Shown here: in pieces, positions 19,900 to 31,234 of the stretch | Numbering within the stretch: position 1 is the first letter of the stretch | How the letters are laid out: each line of letters opens with the position of its first letter | Origin: an uncultured Chloroflexia bacterium | Lineage (GTDB): Bacteria > Chloroflexota > Limnocylindria > Limnocylindrales > CSP1-4 | Length of the DNA: 64,000 bases | Assembly (NCBI GenBank): GCA_963766735.1 | Contig: CAVYBU010000007.1 | Span: 256,001 to 320,000 of the forward strand | Reading direction: 5' to 3' | Made by a program: the position numbers and the translations under genes | The notes under the pieces: generated by a model | Seen by the model: the letters and a program-made list of their open reading frames with translations, nothing else | What the model was told of the DNA's origin: nothing | Databases searched by the model: none

Positions 19900-21846
19900 A
19901 TGCGAACGCCCGCCGCGACCATCGCAAACCCGAAGGAGGCCGGGCAGGTCCTGGTCATCTTCGTGTTCGCGCTGGTGACGCTGATGGCGGCCGCCGGGCT
20001 CGCCATCGACATGGGCCGGTTCTACTCGGAGCGGCGGTTCCTGCAGAATGCCGCGGACGCCGCCGCCCTCGCGGCCGGCAACGTGCTGGTTCGGGGCGGC
20101 ACCGAGGATGCCGCCCGCACCGAGGCGCGGGCCGTGCTCGCACGCAACTTCAGCATCCCTCCCAATGGCATCGTCCCGACGCTGCCACCTGCCGACGACG
20201 ACGACGCCGTCTACCAGGCCGGCCACGCGGGCGATCCCGGCTTCGTGATCGACGGGATCCTGATCTCGGGCGGCTCGGTGCGGGTCGCGATCCGCAACAC
20301 CATCCCCTACACCTTTGGACGGGCGGTCGGCCTCGATACCAACACGATCGTCGCCCAGGCCCGGATCCGGTTCGATGGGGACCTCCTCCCGATCGCCGTC
20401 CGTCGCTTCATCAAGGCCCCCGGCACGAACGGCGGCGCGGCGCCCTGTGTCGACGACTTCAACAGCTTCATGGACTTCTTTGCCACGGCGAACACCTCCT
20501 GCCTCGGCACGGACTCGAACGGCAGCTCGCGCACGAGCCCGAGCGCCGGCTCGGCGTTCAACGCCGCGATCCCGGACGACGACCGGAGCAGCCACGGCCC
20601 GGTCGTGGAGATCCTCGGCCAGGGCGCCGACCCGGACAACGGGGCCGACTTCCGCGGCTTCGTCGCCCTCGACACCCGCAACTTCCAGACGTCGTCGTCG
20701 CAGATCTACTACAACGGCGTGACCCCGTCCACGAACGCGCAGACGCTCAAGGACATGCAGGCGCAGTGGTTCCTTGACGGCGGCTACCCGGGACCCTTGT
20801 TCCCAGCCGTCGTGTCACCGCCCGACCCCAACGACCAGGTCGCGACGATGAGCGGGAACTCGGCAGGCATCGCGGTCGGGGCCTTCGGAGAGCGATACGC
20901 GCCTGGCGACGAGATCCTGGTGGCCGTGTACTCGGGCGTGACCATGCAGATCCCGGACTTCTCGATGTCCAGTCCAGGCAACGTCGGCGTGGCGGCCACC
21001 GGCGTCACCGCCAACGCCGGCTCGTTCCGCGTGAGCCGCAACCAGGCCTTCAGCGGTGTCGTGGCCCTCACGACCGTCGCCGATGCCAATGACCCGGCCA
21101 ACCCCCTGGTCCTGGGCACGATGCTCAACCCGACCGGCCCCATCACCTACAGCCCCAACCCGGTCACGCCGTCCCTCGGGGCCGGGGCGAGCGTGGCGAT
21201 GCAGAACATCGCGATGTCCGGTGCAACGGAAGGCGTCTACGCGCTCTGGCTCATGGGCCAGGCCGGCAGCCCCTACCTGACGACCAAGTACACGCCCTTC
21301 GCCCTGCAGGTCGGGTCCGTGAACAAGGACTTCTCGTTCACGTCGGATTCGAGCGAGCAGACGGCGGCCGCGGCCGGCAATCCCGTCTCGTTCACCCTCA
21401 ACCTCAAGCGGTCCGGCGGGGCTTTCGGCGGCGGCGTCAACCTCTCGCTGGAGGCAATGCCCGGCGAGACCCTGCCGTCCGGCCTCGGGGGCGTCACGTT
21501 CTCGCCCGCGATCGTCACCCCGGCGAACGGCTCCGGGGCGAGCTCAGCGCTCACGATCGGCACCGGGACCCTGGCCCCGGGCCGCTACCAGTTCGTCGTA
21601 CGCGCGACCGGCACGAACGGCGACGCGCGCACGGTCACCCGCCTGATGATCCTGACGGTGTACGTCGCGACGTCGTCATCCGGCGGCAACCAGGAATACG
21701 TCGACATCGTCGGCTTCGCGGTCATGCGCGTGGCGGCGATCACCTCCAACAGCGTCACGGCCTACGCGATCACCCCCGTGATCACGGACCCGTCGGACTC
21801 CCGGCTGCGCCGCGGTCAGGTGGCACGGCTGGCGCCCTGGAACTAG
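19900..21846 (+). CDS. TadG-like pilus-associated protein with beta-rich (Ig-like) inserts
   Basis: GQVLVIFVFAL...GLAIDMGRFYSERRFLQNAADAAALAA Tad N-terminal motif. Confidence 0.85.
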   Translation: MRTPAATIANPKEAGQVLVIFVFALVTLMAAAGLAIDMGRFYSERRFLQNAADAAALAAGNVLVRGGTEDAARTEARAVLARNFSIPPNGIVPTLPPADDDDAVYQAGHAGDPGFVIDGILISGGSVRVAIRNTIPYTFGRAVGLDTNTIVAQARIRFDGDLLPIAVRRFIKAPGTNGGAAPCVDDFNSFMDFFATANTSCLGTDSNGSSRTSPSAGSAFNAAIPDDDRSSHGPVVEILGQGADPDNGADFRGFVALDTRNFQTSSSQIYYNGVTPSTNAQTLKDMQAQWFLDGGYPGPLFPAVVSPPDPNDQVATMSGNSAGIAVGAFGERYAPGDEILVAVYSGVTMQIPDFSMSSPGNVGVAATGVTANAGSFRVSRNQAFSGVVALTTVADANDPANPLVLGTMLNPTGPITYSPNPVTPSLGAGASVAMQNIAMSGATEGVYALWLMGQAGSPYLTTKYTPFALQVGSVNKDFSFTSDSSEQTAAAAGNPVSFTLNLKRSGGAFGGGVNLSLEAMPGETLPSGLGGVTFSPAIVTPANGSGASSALTIGTGTLAPGRYQFVVRATGTNGDARTVTRLMILTVYVATSSSGGNQEYVDIVGFAVMRVAAITSNSVTAYAITPVITDPSDSRLRRGQVARLAPWN

Positions 21847-21918
21847 CCGGCTCGGGCGCGGCACACCCAATCGGGCGGCGCAGGGGCGTCGACCCCCACG
21901 TCTCGGGAGGCGCAAGCG

Positions 21919-22857
21919 ATGGAGATGGAATACAGGGACCCGTCCCGAAAAGGCCGCTGGATCGTCCTGCTCGGCGTGGTCCTGGCGCTGGGCGCCGGTG
22001 GGGCCGCGTTCTTCCTGATCAACACGGCCCAGCAGCAGGCGGGCCAATCCGGCCTCAAGTACACCAAGGCCGTGGTCGCGGTCCTCGAGATCCCGGCCCG
22101 CAAGCCGATCGAGGCGGCCGACATCGCGGTCCGCGAGGACATCCCGCTGGATGGCACCAACGCGTCCGGCCTCATCGCGGACCCGAACGAGCTCATCGGC
22201 CGGATCCTGGCGGTTGACGTCAAGCCGGGCCAGCTGGTCACAACGAACCTCCTGGCCTCCACGACGGCCGGCGGCCAGTTCTCGATCCTCAAGCCCGACG
22301 AGACCGTGGCACCGGACTCCGAGGCATGGCGCGCCATCTCGCTCACGGTGTCGGACGACCGTGCGGTCGGCGGCCTGCTCGGCGCGGGGATGACGGTCGA
22401 TGTGTTCATGACCGCCACGGTCAACGTGATGCAGCCGGCGGCGGGCCCCGGCGTGTCAGCCCCGGAGCCCAGCTTCACCAACTACTACACGGACCGCTCC
22501 ACCAAGATCACCTACCAGGACATGGTGATCCTCTCCCGCCAGGGCACGTACTACATCGTGAAGGCTCCATTGGTGGTCGCGGAGGAAATCAGCCACCTCC
22601 AGGCGGCGGGCAATGCCCAGTTCAGCCTCGCCCTCCGGCCCGACCAGGACACGCGCGTCCTCGACGTGTCGGCGCTGGGGGCGACCACCAACCGCATCAT
22701 CGAGCGGTACGGCCTGCCGATCCCGGAGAACTTCCCCAAGGTCAACGGCCCGATCAAGAGCCCGCCCCCGATCCCGGAGGTCACCCCGGCGCCCTCCGTG
22801 GCGCCCTCAGGAGCACCGGACGCCTCCCCGGCAGCCTCGCCGAGCCCTGGGAGCTGA
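21919..22857 (+). CDS. cpaB: Flp pilus assembly protein CpaB/RcpC (SAF domain)
   Basis: N-terminal TM, VVAVLEIPARKPI SAF motif, RAISLTVSDDRAVGGLLGAGMTVDVF, LALRP; GGGAGG RBS. Confidence 0.82.
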   Translation: MEMEYRDPSRKGRWIVLLGVVLALGAGGAAFFLINTAQQQAGQSGLKYTKAVVAVLEIPARKPIEAADIAVREDIPLDGTNASGLIADPNELIGRILAVDVKPGQLVTTNLLASTTAGGQFSILKPDETVAPDSEAWRAISLTVSDDRAVGGLLGAGMTVDVFMTATVNVMQPAAGPGVSAPEPSFTNYYTDRSTKITYQDMVILSRQGTYYIVKAPLVVAEEISHLQAAGNAQFSLALRPDQDTRVLDVSALGATTNRIIERYGLPIPENFPKVNGPIKSPPPIPEVTPAPSVAPSGAPDASPAASPSPGS

Positions 22858-23027
22858 TCGGATCTGCCCGAGCCCGTCCGCCCGAGCGGCGGTCGATCAC
22901 GGGCAGCGGCCCCAGAGGACCTCGCTTGCTCCGTCGCGTGCCGCTGACCCGGCGCGCCTCCCACCGCCCGGCCGGGTTCGCCCGGCCGGGCGGCTTCCGA
23001 ACCGCCGCCGCGCCGAACATCGTGGCC

Positions 23028-23648
23028 TCAGCGTGCGGAGCGCAGGGCCTCCGCGAGAGCCGCGACCACGAGGGATCTCGTCTCAGCGGGCGAGCCGCTC
23101 GTGTCGAGGACCCACGTCGCGGCCGGCCGCAGGCGATCCGCAAGGCCGGCCTGGGCCGCGATCCGCTGGTCCGCATCCGCCTCCGGCGTTCCCCGGCCGA
23201 CGAGTCGTTCGCGCTGCGCCACAGGGTCGCAGACCACCAGCCAGACCTGGTCGCACGTGGCCGCCAGCCCGCCCTCGACCAGCTTGATCGCCTCGATCGC
23301 CACAGCTGGCGCGCCGGCCGTCTCCGCGGCCTCGATCGCCTCGACGATGCGCGGCCGGACGGCAGGGTGAACGATCTGCTCGAGGTTGCGGAGGGCGACC
23401 GGGTCCGAGAACACGATCCGGCCGAGCGCCGCGCGATCCAGAGTCCCGTCCGGGCCGGTCACCGCCGCCCCGAACCTCCGGATGACGAGGTCGTGGGCGG
23501 GATGCCCCGGGGCCGTGACCGACTGCGAGATCCGGTCCGCGTCCACGACGTGGACGCCCAGCTCAGCGAGCCACCGGACGACCTGCGACTTGCCGCAGCC
23601 GATCGGTCCCGTGATCCCGATACGGACGGTGCGCGGTCTGGTCGTCAC
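23028..23648 (-). CDS. coaE: Dephospho-CoA kinase
   Basis: IGITGPIGCGKS, VVDAD, LDRAALGRIVF, LEQIVHPAV; GTG start overlaps the ABC-F stop. Confidence 0.93.
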   Translation of the reverse strand: MTTRPRTVRIGITGPIGCGKSQVVRWLAELGVHVVDADRISQSVTAPGHPAHDLVIRRFGAAVTGPDGTLDRAALGRIVFSDPVALRNLEQIVHPAVRPRIVEAIEAAETAGAPAVAIEAIKLVEGGLAATCDQVWLVVCDPVAQRERLVGRGTPEADADQRIAAQAGLADRLRPAATWVLDTSGSPAETRSLVVAALAEALRSAR

Positions 23649-25672
23649 GGTGCCTGCTCCTCCAGCTGCAGCCAGGCATCCTCGGCCTCCGCCAGGCCCC
23701 GTTCCACGTCGGCAAGCTCGCTTGTCACGCGTCGCATCTCCACGAAGTTGGCGGCCACGGCCGAGGATGTCATCGCCAGCTCCAGCTGCGTCTTGCGGAG
23801 GCCAAGGCGGGCGAGCTCTGCGTCGAGCACCTCGCGTCGACGACGATACGCGTCCTTGGACAGCTTCGTGCGGGACTTCGGGCGCCCGGCGGGCTTGGGC
23901 TTGACCGTGGAGACAGGTTCGACCGTCCCGGGCACGGCCGTGGGCGCCGATCGACGTGCCGGTGTGGCGGTTGCCGGGCGGCCGCGGTGGGCCCGCCGCT
24001 TCGCCTCCGCCTCCACCGTCCAGCCCTCGGCGACGGCCGCCCGCCACGCCCGGTAGCCGCCGTCGAACGGGACGGCCAGGGCGCCGTCCACAACCCACAG
24101 CTTCTCGCAGATCGTCTCCAGCAGGCGCCGATCGTGGGAGACGACGATGAGCGTGGCCGCGTTCTCGATCAGGAACGCCTCGATCGCCTCCCGCGCCGCG
24201 ATGTCCAGGTGGTTCGTGGGTTCGTCGAGGAGCATCAGGTTGGACGGCAGGATCCCGAGCAGCGCCAGCTCGAGGCGCGACCGCTCCCCGCCGGACAGCG
24301 AGCGCACCTCCTTGAACGCGTCGTCGCCACGGAACAGGAAGCGGGCCAGGTACCCGCGCGCCTCGCCGGGCGTGAGCGGGACCGTCTCCATGATCGCGTC
24401 GAGCACCGTGGCGCCCGGGATGGCCGCGTCCCGCAGCTGGGCGAGATAGGAGGGCTGGACCTGGTGGCCGAACGTGAGCGCACCATCGAGCGGCGGCAGG
24501 TCACCGGCGATCGTGCGCAACAGCGTGGTCTTGCCTGCCCCGTTCGGCCCCACGATGCCGATCCGCTCTCCGCGCTGGGCCGCGAGGAACGGCGCGACCG
24601 CCACCGTCACGGGCTCCGGGGCATCGGTCCCATCCGGGAGAAGCGCGCCGCGGCCCGGCAGGTACCCGACGGCAAGGCCCTCCAGGCGGATGACGAGCTC
24701 CCCGGACCGAACGGGCCCGCCCGCCAGCGCCCGGCCATGAAGGCGGAGGGAACGGGAGGACTTCCGCGGCGCCTCGAGCTTCCCCTCGCGGAGCCGCTCC
24801 AGCCTCGCCTCGTGCTCGTGCATCTTGGTGTGCTTGCGCTGGCTGCGGTAGCGCTGGACCAGCTCAACCTCGCGCTCGATCTGCTGCGCCTGGCTCTCGG
24901 CGTCCTTCTCGGCGCGCGCGTCGCGCTCCACGCGCTGGCGGTGGTAGCTCGAATAGTCGCCGCGGAACACGGTGAGCTTCCGGTCCCGCAGCTCCCAGAC
25001 GCGGGCGACGGTGGCGTCCAGGAACGCCCGGTCGTGGGAGGCGACCAGGAGCGCGCCCGACCGGCGACGGAGGTGCTCCTCCAACCACTCGATCGCCCCG
25101 ATGTCGAGGTGGTTCGTGGGCTCGTCGAGCATCAGCAGGTCAGGGTCCGAGATGACCAGCCGGGCGAGCGCCGCCCGGGTCTGCTGGCCGCCCGAGAGGG
25201 CGGTGGGCGGGCGAAGCCACTCGTCGCGGGCGAAGCCAAGCCCCGAGAGCGCCTCGTCCACGCGCTGGTCGAGGGTGTAGCCACCAAGGACGTCGAACGT
25301 GTGCTGGAGGTCCGCGTAGTTCCGTCCGGCCGCGTGACCGCCATGCTCCAGGCGCCCGAGCTCCTCCGCCATCCGCTCGAGGTGGGCCGCGCCGTGCCGG
25401 ATCGCGGCGCGCAGGTCCGGCGCGGCCATGAACGCCTCGTCGAAGTGGGCCTCCTGGCTCAGCAGGCCGAAGGAAAGCCCGCGCCGGCGCGTGACGGTCC
25501 CGCGGTCTGCCTCGTCGCGCCCGGCCACGATGCGCAGGAGCGTGGTCTTGCCGGCGCCATTGGGGCCCACGAGGCCGATGCGCTCGCCGGGCGCGACCGC
25601 CCCCGTGACCTGGTCGAGGATGACGAACGTGCCGACCTCCCGGACGACGCCCTCCAGCCGGACGAGGCTCAC
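23645..25672 (-). CDS. ABC-F family ATP-binding protein
   Basis: Two NBDs (GPNGAGKTT; LSGGQ/LSGGE; LDEPTNHLD twice), no TM segments, C-terminal coiled coil. Confidence 0.93.
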   Translation of the reverse strand: MSLVRLEGVVREVGTFVILDQVTGAVAPGERIGLVGPNGAGKTTLLRIVAGRDEADRGTVTRRRGLSFGLLSQEAHFDEAFMAAPDLRAAIRHGAAHLERMAEELGRLEHGGHAAGRNYADLQHTFDVLGGYTLDQRVDEALSGLGFARDEWLRPPTALSGGQQTRAALARLVISDPDLLMLDEPTNHLDIGAIEWLEEHLRRRSGALLVASHDRAFLDATVARVWELRDRKLTVFRGDYSSYHRQRVERDARAEKDAESQAQQIEREVELVQRYRSQRKHTKMHEHEARLERLREGKLEAPRKSSRSLRLHGRALAGGPVRSGELVIRLEGLAVGYLPGRGALLPDGTDAPEPVTVAVAPFLAAQRGERIGIVGPNGAGKTTLLRTIAGDLPPLDGALTFGHQVQPSYLAQLRDAAIPGATVLDAIMETVPLTPGEARGYLARFLFRGDDAFKEVRSLSGGERSRLELALLGILPSNLMLLDEPTNHLDIAAREAIEAFLIENAATLIVVSHDRRLLETICEKLWVVDGALAVPFDGGYRAWRAAVAEGWTVEAEAKRRAHRGRPATATPARRSAPTAVPGTVEPVSTVKPKPAGRPKSRTKLSKDAYRRRREVLDAELARLGLRKTQLELAMTSSAVAANFVEMRRVTSELADVERGLAEAEDAWLQLEEQAP

Positions 25673-26811
25673 GCCGGACCGCCCTTGCCGGCGTCCGCTG
25701 GCCCGGGATCGGTGTCTGCCGGCCCGGGATCGGCGCCCGCGGCCCCATCCACGGTCGTCACCCCGATCGCCCCTCTTCGCGCGGCCGCCCGTCGCGCGGC
25801 CGCGGCAGCCTTCGTCCGGGCCGTGCGCTCGCGGGCCCGGGCGCCCTCGTCCAGCGTTCGACCCAGGGCACCATCGCCGTCGAGGTCAACCCAGCGCCGG
25901 CCCCGCCGCTCGCTCGCCGCGCGGCCCGGGCGCGGCGTCATGGTCGCAAGCAGCTTCGCGGCCGCGGGTCGCTCCCCCGCAGGAAGCCGCTGGCAGAACG
26001 AGCAGAAGTGCGTCGCCCGGATCCCGATCACGATCCGGCGGATCGGGCGGCCACAGCGCGGGCACGGGCGGCCCGTGCGCTGGTAGACATCGAGGTGCTC
26101 CTGCATCTCGCCGTCGCCGTCGGGTGCCGTGTAGTCGTCGATGGAGCTGCCGCGCCGCTCCACGGCCACGGTCAGGATGTCCAGCACGTTGCGGTAGAGG
26201 GCCCGCTCGTCGTGCGGACGGAGCGACGCCGCGGAGCGGAGCGGGTGCAGCTTCGATCGCCACAGCGCCTCATCGGCGTAGATATTGCCGACACCCGCGA
26301 TGAACCCCTGGTCCACGAGCAGCGGCTTCAGGCGTGCGCGGCGCCCGCGGATCCGGCCCCGGAATGCGCGCAAGGTGAACCGCGGGTCCAGCGGCTCCGG
26401 GCCGATGCCGTCGAAGGGCCGGTCGTCGGCTGCGTACAGGCCCACGCGCCCGAACTTGCGGATGTCGCGAAACCTGATCTCCCGGCCGTCGTCCAGGATG
26501 AGGGCGAGGCGCTCGTACGGGTCCGGGGGGAGGGCGGCCGGGACCACGAACAGCTGCCCGGTCATCTTCAGGTGGACGGTCAGGAACGTCCCCCCGTCCA
26601 GGTCGAGGATCAGCAGCTTGCCGCGGCGGCCAACCGCCTCGATCCGGCGGCCGGCAACACCTGCCACGAATGCCGGGACCTCGCCGTCCCGAAGCGTTCC
26701 GGGCCACGCCACGCGTGCGCCTGCCACCACCGGGCCGGGGCCGCCGCCCTCGGGCAGCAGGTGGCGCCGGAGGTCGCGCGCGACCGTCTCGACCTCGGGA
26801 AGCTCAGGCAT
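25669..26811 (-). CDS. mutM: Formamidopyrimidine-DNA glycosylase (Fpg) with C-terminal extension
   Basis: MPELPEVET start, RRGKLL, HLKMTG, GVGNIYADEALW, CPRCG...FCSFCQ zinc finger. Confidence 0.95.
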   Translation of the reverse strand: MPELPEVETVARDLRRHLLPEGGGPGPVVAGARVAWPGTLRDGEVPAFVAGVAGRRIEAVGRRGKLLILDLDGGTFLTVHLKMTGQLFVVPAALPPDPYERLALILDDGREIRFRDIRKFGRVGLYAADDRPFDGIGPEPLDPRFTLRAFRGRIRGRRARLKPLLVDQGFIAGVGNIYADEALWRSKLHPLRSAASLRPHDERALYRNVLDILTVAVERRGSSIDDYTAPDGDGEMQEHLDVYQRTGRPCPRCGRPIRRIVIGIRATHFCSFCQRLPAGERPAAAKLLATMTPRPGRAASERRGRRWVDLDGDGALGRTLDEGARARERTARTKAAAAARRAAARRGAIGVTTVDGAAGADPGPADTDPGPADAGKGGPA

Positions 26812-26881
26812 CGGCGGAGACGATAGGACAGGTCGCAATGCGGCGCCCCGATCGCCGACGTCAGGCACGATGGGGGTGCCC

Positions 26882-28114
26882 ATGCGACACCCCGCCCCAC
26901 CGCCGCGCGCTCGTACCGCCCGCATCGCCGTCAGCGCCCTGTTCTTCGTGAACGGAGCCGGCTTTGCGAGCATCCTGCCACGCCTGCCGGCGATCAAGGA
27001 GTCCCTGCACCTGTCGAACGCCGAGCTCGGTCTCGCCGTCGCGGCGATGCCGGTCGGCGGGCTGCTGGCCGGCGGTCTCGTCGGGTTCTTCATCGCGCGC
27101 TTCGGGAGCGGCCGCACGGCGGCGGTCGCGGGAACGGCGACGGCGCTGCTGGTCGCCGCTGTCGGCCTGGCGCCCACATGGGCGCTGCTCGCGCTCGCCT
27201 ATCTCGTCTTCGGTGCCTTCGACGCGACGATGGATGCCTCGATGAACGCCCACGGCCTGGGCGTCCAGCGCCTCTACGGAAGATCGATCCTCCAGGGCTT
27301 CCACGGGCTCTGGAGCGCGGGCAGCATGATCGGCGGGGCGGTGGGGGCGGCCGCGGCGCTGGCCGGCGTTCCCGTCCAGGTCCAGGTCCTACTGGTCGCC
27401 CCGGCGCTGGCCGCCGTCGTGGTGGTCTCGTCCCGCGGCCTGCTGTCCCCGCGGATCGCGGATGTCCACGCGCCCGGCGACGCGGCCGAGGAACACATCC
27501 ATGTCCGCAACGCTCCCCGGCTGCTCCGGGTGCTCGGCCCGATCGCGATGCTGGGCATCCTGTGTGCGATCCTCCAGAGCACGGCAGCCACGTGGAGCGC
27601 CGTCTTCCTCACCGATGTGCTGCAGCTGTCCGCCGGCTTCGCCGCGACAGCCTTCGTCGTCTACATGGCGGCGATGACAATAGGCCGGCTGACCAACGAC
27701 CGATGGGTCGACCAGTTCGGCGGGGTCCAAGTGGTCCGCGCCGGCGCGCTGATCGGAGCAGGGGGGGTCGCCCTCGTGATCGCCTCGGGGGCGAGCGGGC
27801 TGGCGCTCGTGGCGTTCGTCGGGTTCGCCGCCGTCGGGATCGGGTCCTCGGGGATGTTCCCGATCATGATCGCGGCTGCAGGGTCGCGGCCCGGCATCCC
27901 TGCGGGGCACGGCGTGGCGCTCACGTCCTGGTTCGTCCGGATCGGGCTGATGGTGGCGCCCGCGGCGGTCGGCATCACCGCGGACGCGACGGGCCTGGGC
28001 ACGGCGTTCGTGATCCCCCTGGTCGCCGCGCTGGCCATCGCTGCCCTGGCCGTGCCGCTCACCGGCGGCAGGACGCGCCGGTCGGCCGTGCCGGCCCTGC
28101 CGCGAGCGGGCTGA
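26882..28114 (+). CDS. MFS transporter
   Basis: About 12 hydrophobic helices; ALFFVNGAGFAS...RLPAIK, DASMNAHG, FHGLWSAG, GRLTNDRWVDQFG. Confidence 0.88.
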   Translation: MRHPAPPPRARTARIAVSALFFVNGAGFASILPRLPAIKESLHLSNAELGLAVAAMPVGGLLAGGLVGFFIARFGSGRTAAVAGTATALLVAAVGLAPTWALLALAYLVFGAFDATMDASMNAHGLGVQRLYGRSILQGFHGLWSAGSMIGGAVGAAAALAGVPVQVQVLLVAPALAAVVVVSSRGLLSPRIADVHAPGDAAEEHIHVRNAPRLLRVLGPIAMLGILCAILQSTAATWSAVFLTDVLQLSAGFAATAFVVYMAAMTIGRLTNDRWVDQFGGVQVVRAGALIGAGGVALVIASGASGLALVAFVGFAAVGIGSSGMFPIMIAAAGSRPGIPAGHGVALTSWFVRIGLMVAPAAVGITADATGLGTAFVIPLVAALAIAALAVPLTGGRTRRSAVPALPRAG

Positions 28115-28147
28115 TCGCGGGTCGACGGCCCTCGCGGAGAGCCGCCG

Positions 28148-31100
28148 CTAGCCGCCGGGGCCGGCCGGTGCCTCGTCCGCCTCCGCGAGAACCGCGTCGC
28201 GCCGGGAGATCGGCATCATCCCGTCCCAGGAGTCGCCCGCCTTCGCTTCGACCGTGAGCGGTACCGACAACGGCAGCGCCCCCTCCATCGCCTCCCGCAG
28301 CACCGGGACCAGCCGGTCCACCTCGTCGCGGGGCGCCTCGAGCAGCAGCTCGTCGTGCACGGAGAGGAGCAGCCGGGCCGCGAACCCACCCCCGCGGAGC
28401 GCCCGGTCCATCCGGATCATCGCGATCTTGACGATGTCGGCGGCCGTCCCCTGGATCGGCATGTTGATCGCCATCCGCTCGCCCGCGGCCCGCAGGGCTC
28501 CGTTCGAGGAGCTGAGCTCCGGGATCCGGCGCCGTCGTCCCAGCAGGGTGGACACGTAGCCCAGGTCCTTGGCCGTCTCACGGATGTGGATCATGTAGCG
28601 GCTGATCCCGCCGTACGCGGCGAAGTAGCCGTTGATGAACTCCTGCGCGTCGGCCCGGCTGATCCCGGCCCGGGAGGACAGTCCGAAGTCGCTCATGCCG
28701 TACGCCAGGCCGAAGTTGACCATCTTGGCCATGGACCGCTCGTCGCCCGTGACGTCCTCCGGCGCCTTGTGGAGCACGAGCGCGGCCGTCTCGCGGTGGA
28801 TGTCGGCCTCGCGCGCGAAGGCGTCGGCCAGGTGCTCGTCACCGGACACGTGCGCGATGATCCGCAGCTCGATCTGGCTGTAGTCCGCGGAGACGAGCGT
28901 GGTCTCCGGGGATCCAGCGACGAACGCGTGCCGGATCCGGCGACCCAGCGGCGTGCGGATCGGGATGTTCTGGAGATTCGGATCCGAGGAGGAGAGCCTG
29001 CCCGTCGCGGCAACCGCCTGGTGGAACAGCGTGTGCAGCCGCCCGTCCGGGCCGATGAGGTTCGGCAGCGCCTCCACGTAGGTCGAGCGGAGCTTGGTGT
29101 AGATCCGCCAGTCCAGCACCGGCTGGATCACCGGGTGGACGCCGCGGAGCTCCTCCAGGACGGTCGCGTCCGTCGAGTAGCCGGTCTTGGTCTTGCGGCC
29201 CTTCGGCAGCCCAAGCTCCACGAACAGGATCTCGCCCAGCTGCTTGGGCGAGCCGATCGTGAACTCGTGCCCGATGGCGGCGTAGATCTCCCCCTCCAGC
29301 CGCTCGATCTCGGTGGCGAACTCGCGTTCCAGGGCCGAGAGCGCGTCCCGGTCCAGCGCGACCCCCGCCGCCTCCATCCGCGCCAGGATCGGCACCAGCG
29401 GCAACTCGATCTCGAGGAACAGGCGCTCGGCGCCCTCGTCAAGGAGGGCCTGCTCCAGCGAGGGGCGGACGGCGAGGACCGAGAGCGCCTCGAGACCGGC
29501 GATCGCGGTCGGGGCAAGGCCAGCGGCCGAGGGAGGCAGGACAAGGTCGAGCCGCTCCGCCACGACGTCCGCGATCTTCTGGGCCCTGAGCGCCGCATTG
29601 ACGAGGTAGGCCGCGATCTGGGTGTCGAACGCCACCGGCGTCGGGGCAGCGTCGGGCTCATCCGCGAACCGGGCGGTGAGCAGCGGCTTGACCTCGTGGC
29701 CGACGATCGGCGTGCCGAGGCGCTCCAGCAGGCGCCGCAGCGCGATCGAGGCGACCGCGCCATCCGCGGCGACGACCCGTCCGTCGGCGCCCGCGACCGC
29801 GATCGACAGGGGCGTACCGGCCAGCGGTCGGGGATCGTCCACCACGAGAGCGACGCCTACCGCCTCCTGCCCACGCAGCCAGGACTCCAGGGTGGCGACA
29901 CGCGCTTCATCCGCCAGCTCGATCCGGCCCGGATCCACGATCGCCGCTGCCAGCGCACCCGGGAGATCCCCTGACGCCACCGCGAGCGCCTCGGCCCGGG
30001 CCTCGACGGCGGCCGATGTCGCGGCGATCGGGGCCGCGGAGCCGCCGGCGCCAGCACCAGCGCCGGTGCCAGCGCCGCCCGACACCACGTCGAAATCCAT
30101 CGACAGCTGCAGCGACCCATCGGTCGGCTTGCTCGCGTCCTGTCCGCCCGCTCCGCCGGGTCCGCCGGCGCGGCCCTGGCCAACGCCGCCCGACCCTCGA
30201 CCTGCGCCCTGCGCCGCCGGGAACCCGGCATCCTTCAGGCCGCGCATCGCCAGGACGGCGTCCTCCGGCCGCTCCCCCGTGAGGGGCGGCAACCGGTCGA
30301 TCAGCGACCGGAACTCGAACTCGCGGAAGATCCGGACCACGGCCTCGCGGTCGTAGTCCCCCACCCGACCGCTGTCCCGGTCCAGGACGACATCAACGTC
30401 CCGGACCAGGCGCATGAGCTCGCGGCTCTCGAGCACCGTCTCGCGATGGTCGGCGAGGAGCGGCCGCAGCTTCTCCGGGGTCACCTCGTCCAGGTGCTCG
30501 TACAGCGCGTCGAGAGAGCCCCACGTTGCGATCAGCTTCGACGCGGTCTTCTCCCCCACTCCCGGGATGCCCGGGATGTTGTCGGTGGGGTCACCCTTGA
30601 GCGACTTGTAGTCAAGCATCTGCTCCGGCCGCAGGCCCCAGCGCTCCGCGATCTTCGCCAGGTCGTAGCTGACCGTGTTCGCGACCCCGCCGCGGAGCGA
30701 GACCATGAGCCGGGTGTGCTCGCCCACCAGCTGGAGCATGTCCAGGTCGCCGGTGAGGATCGTGACGTCCAGGTCCATCGCGGTCGCCTGTCCGGCCAGC
30801 GTGGCGATGACGTCGTCCGCCTCGAAGCCCTCGCGCTCGTACACCGGGAAGCCGAGGGCTGCCACCACGTCCCGCACCTTCGGGATCTGCTCGCGCATGT
30901 CGTCGGGCATCTTCGTCCGGGTGCCCTTGTACTCGGCGTATCGCTCGTGGCGGAAGGTCGGCTTGCCGAGATCGAAGGCGACGGCGATGTGGTCCGGCTT
31001 CGCGTCCTGGATCGCGCGCAGCACGATGTTCGTGAAGCCGAAGACGGCCGTCACCAGCTCGCCCCTCGACGTCGTCAGGGGCTGGTCGATCAGCGCGAAG

Positions 31101-31150
31101 TATCCGCGGTAGATGAGCCCGTTGCCGTCGAGCAGGAGGAGGCGTTCCAT
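28148..31150 (-). CDS. polA: DNA polymerase I
   Basis: [16 protein letters not shown] 5'-nuclease start, [46 protein letters not shown]. Confidence 0.97.
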   Translation of the reverse strand: MERLLLLDGNGLIYRGYFALIDQPLTTSRGELVTAVFGFTNIVLRAIQDAKPDHIAVAFDLGKPTFRHERYAEYKGTRTKMPDDMREQIPKVRDVVAALGFPVYEREGFEADDVIATLAGQATAMDLDVTILTGDLDMLQLVGEHTRLMVSLRGGVANTVSYDLAKIAERWGLRPEQMLDYKSLKGDPTDNIPGIPGVGEKTASKLIATWGSLDALYEHLDEVTPEKLRPLLADHRETVLESRELMRLVRDVDVVLDRDSGRVGDYDREAVVRIFREFEFRSLIDRLPPLTGERPEDAVLAMRGLKDAGFPAAQGAGRGSGGVGQGRAGGPGGAGGQDASKPTDGSLQLSMDFDVVSGGAGTGAGAGAGGSAAPIAATSAAVEARAEALAVASGDLPGALAAAIVDPGRIELADEARVATLESWLRGQEAVGVALVVDDPRPLAGTPLSIAVAGADGRVVAADGAVASIALRRLLERLGTPIVGHEVKPLLTARFADEPDAAPTPVAFDTQIAAYLVNAALRAQKIADVVAERLDLVLPPSAAGLAPTAIAGLEALSVLAVRPSLEQALLDEGAERLFLEIELPLVPILARMEAAGVALDRDALSALEREFATEIERLEGEIYAAIGHEFTIGSPKQLGEILFVELGLPKGRKTKTGYSTDATVLEELRGVHPVIQPVLDWRIYTKLRSTYVEALPNLIGPDGRLHTLFHQAVAATGRLSSSDPNLQNIPIRTPLGRRIRHAFVAGSPETTLVSADYSQIELRIIAHVSGDEHLADAFAREADIHRETAALVLHKAPEDVTGDERSMAKMVNFGLAYGMSDFGLSSRAGISRADAQEFINGYFAAYGGISRYMIHIRETAKDLGYVSTLLGRRRRIPELSSSNGALRAAGERMAINMPIQGTAADIVKIAMIRMDRALRGGGFAARLLLSVHDELLLEAPRDEVDRLVPVLREAMEGALPLSVPLTVEAKAGDSWDGMMPISRRDAVLAEADEAPAGPGG

Positions 31151-31234
31151 CGGCTCCGAGCGTGCGGAGTGGGACGCCCTGAAGTGTACCCGCGCCGTGG
31201 ATCGGGCCAGCGGCGGAGTCGTATGATCGGCGGC

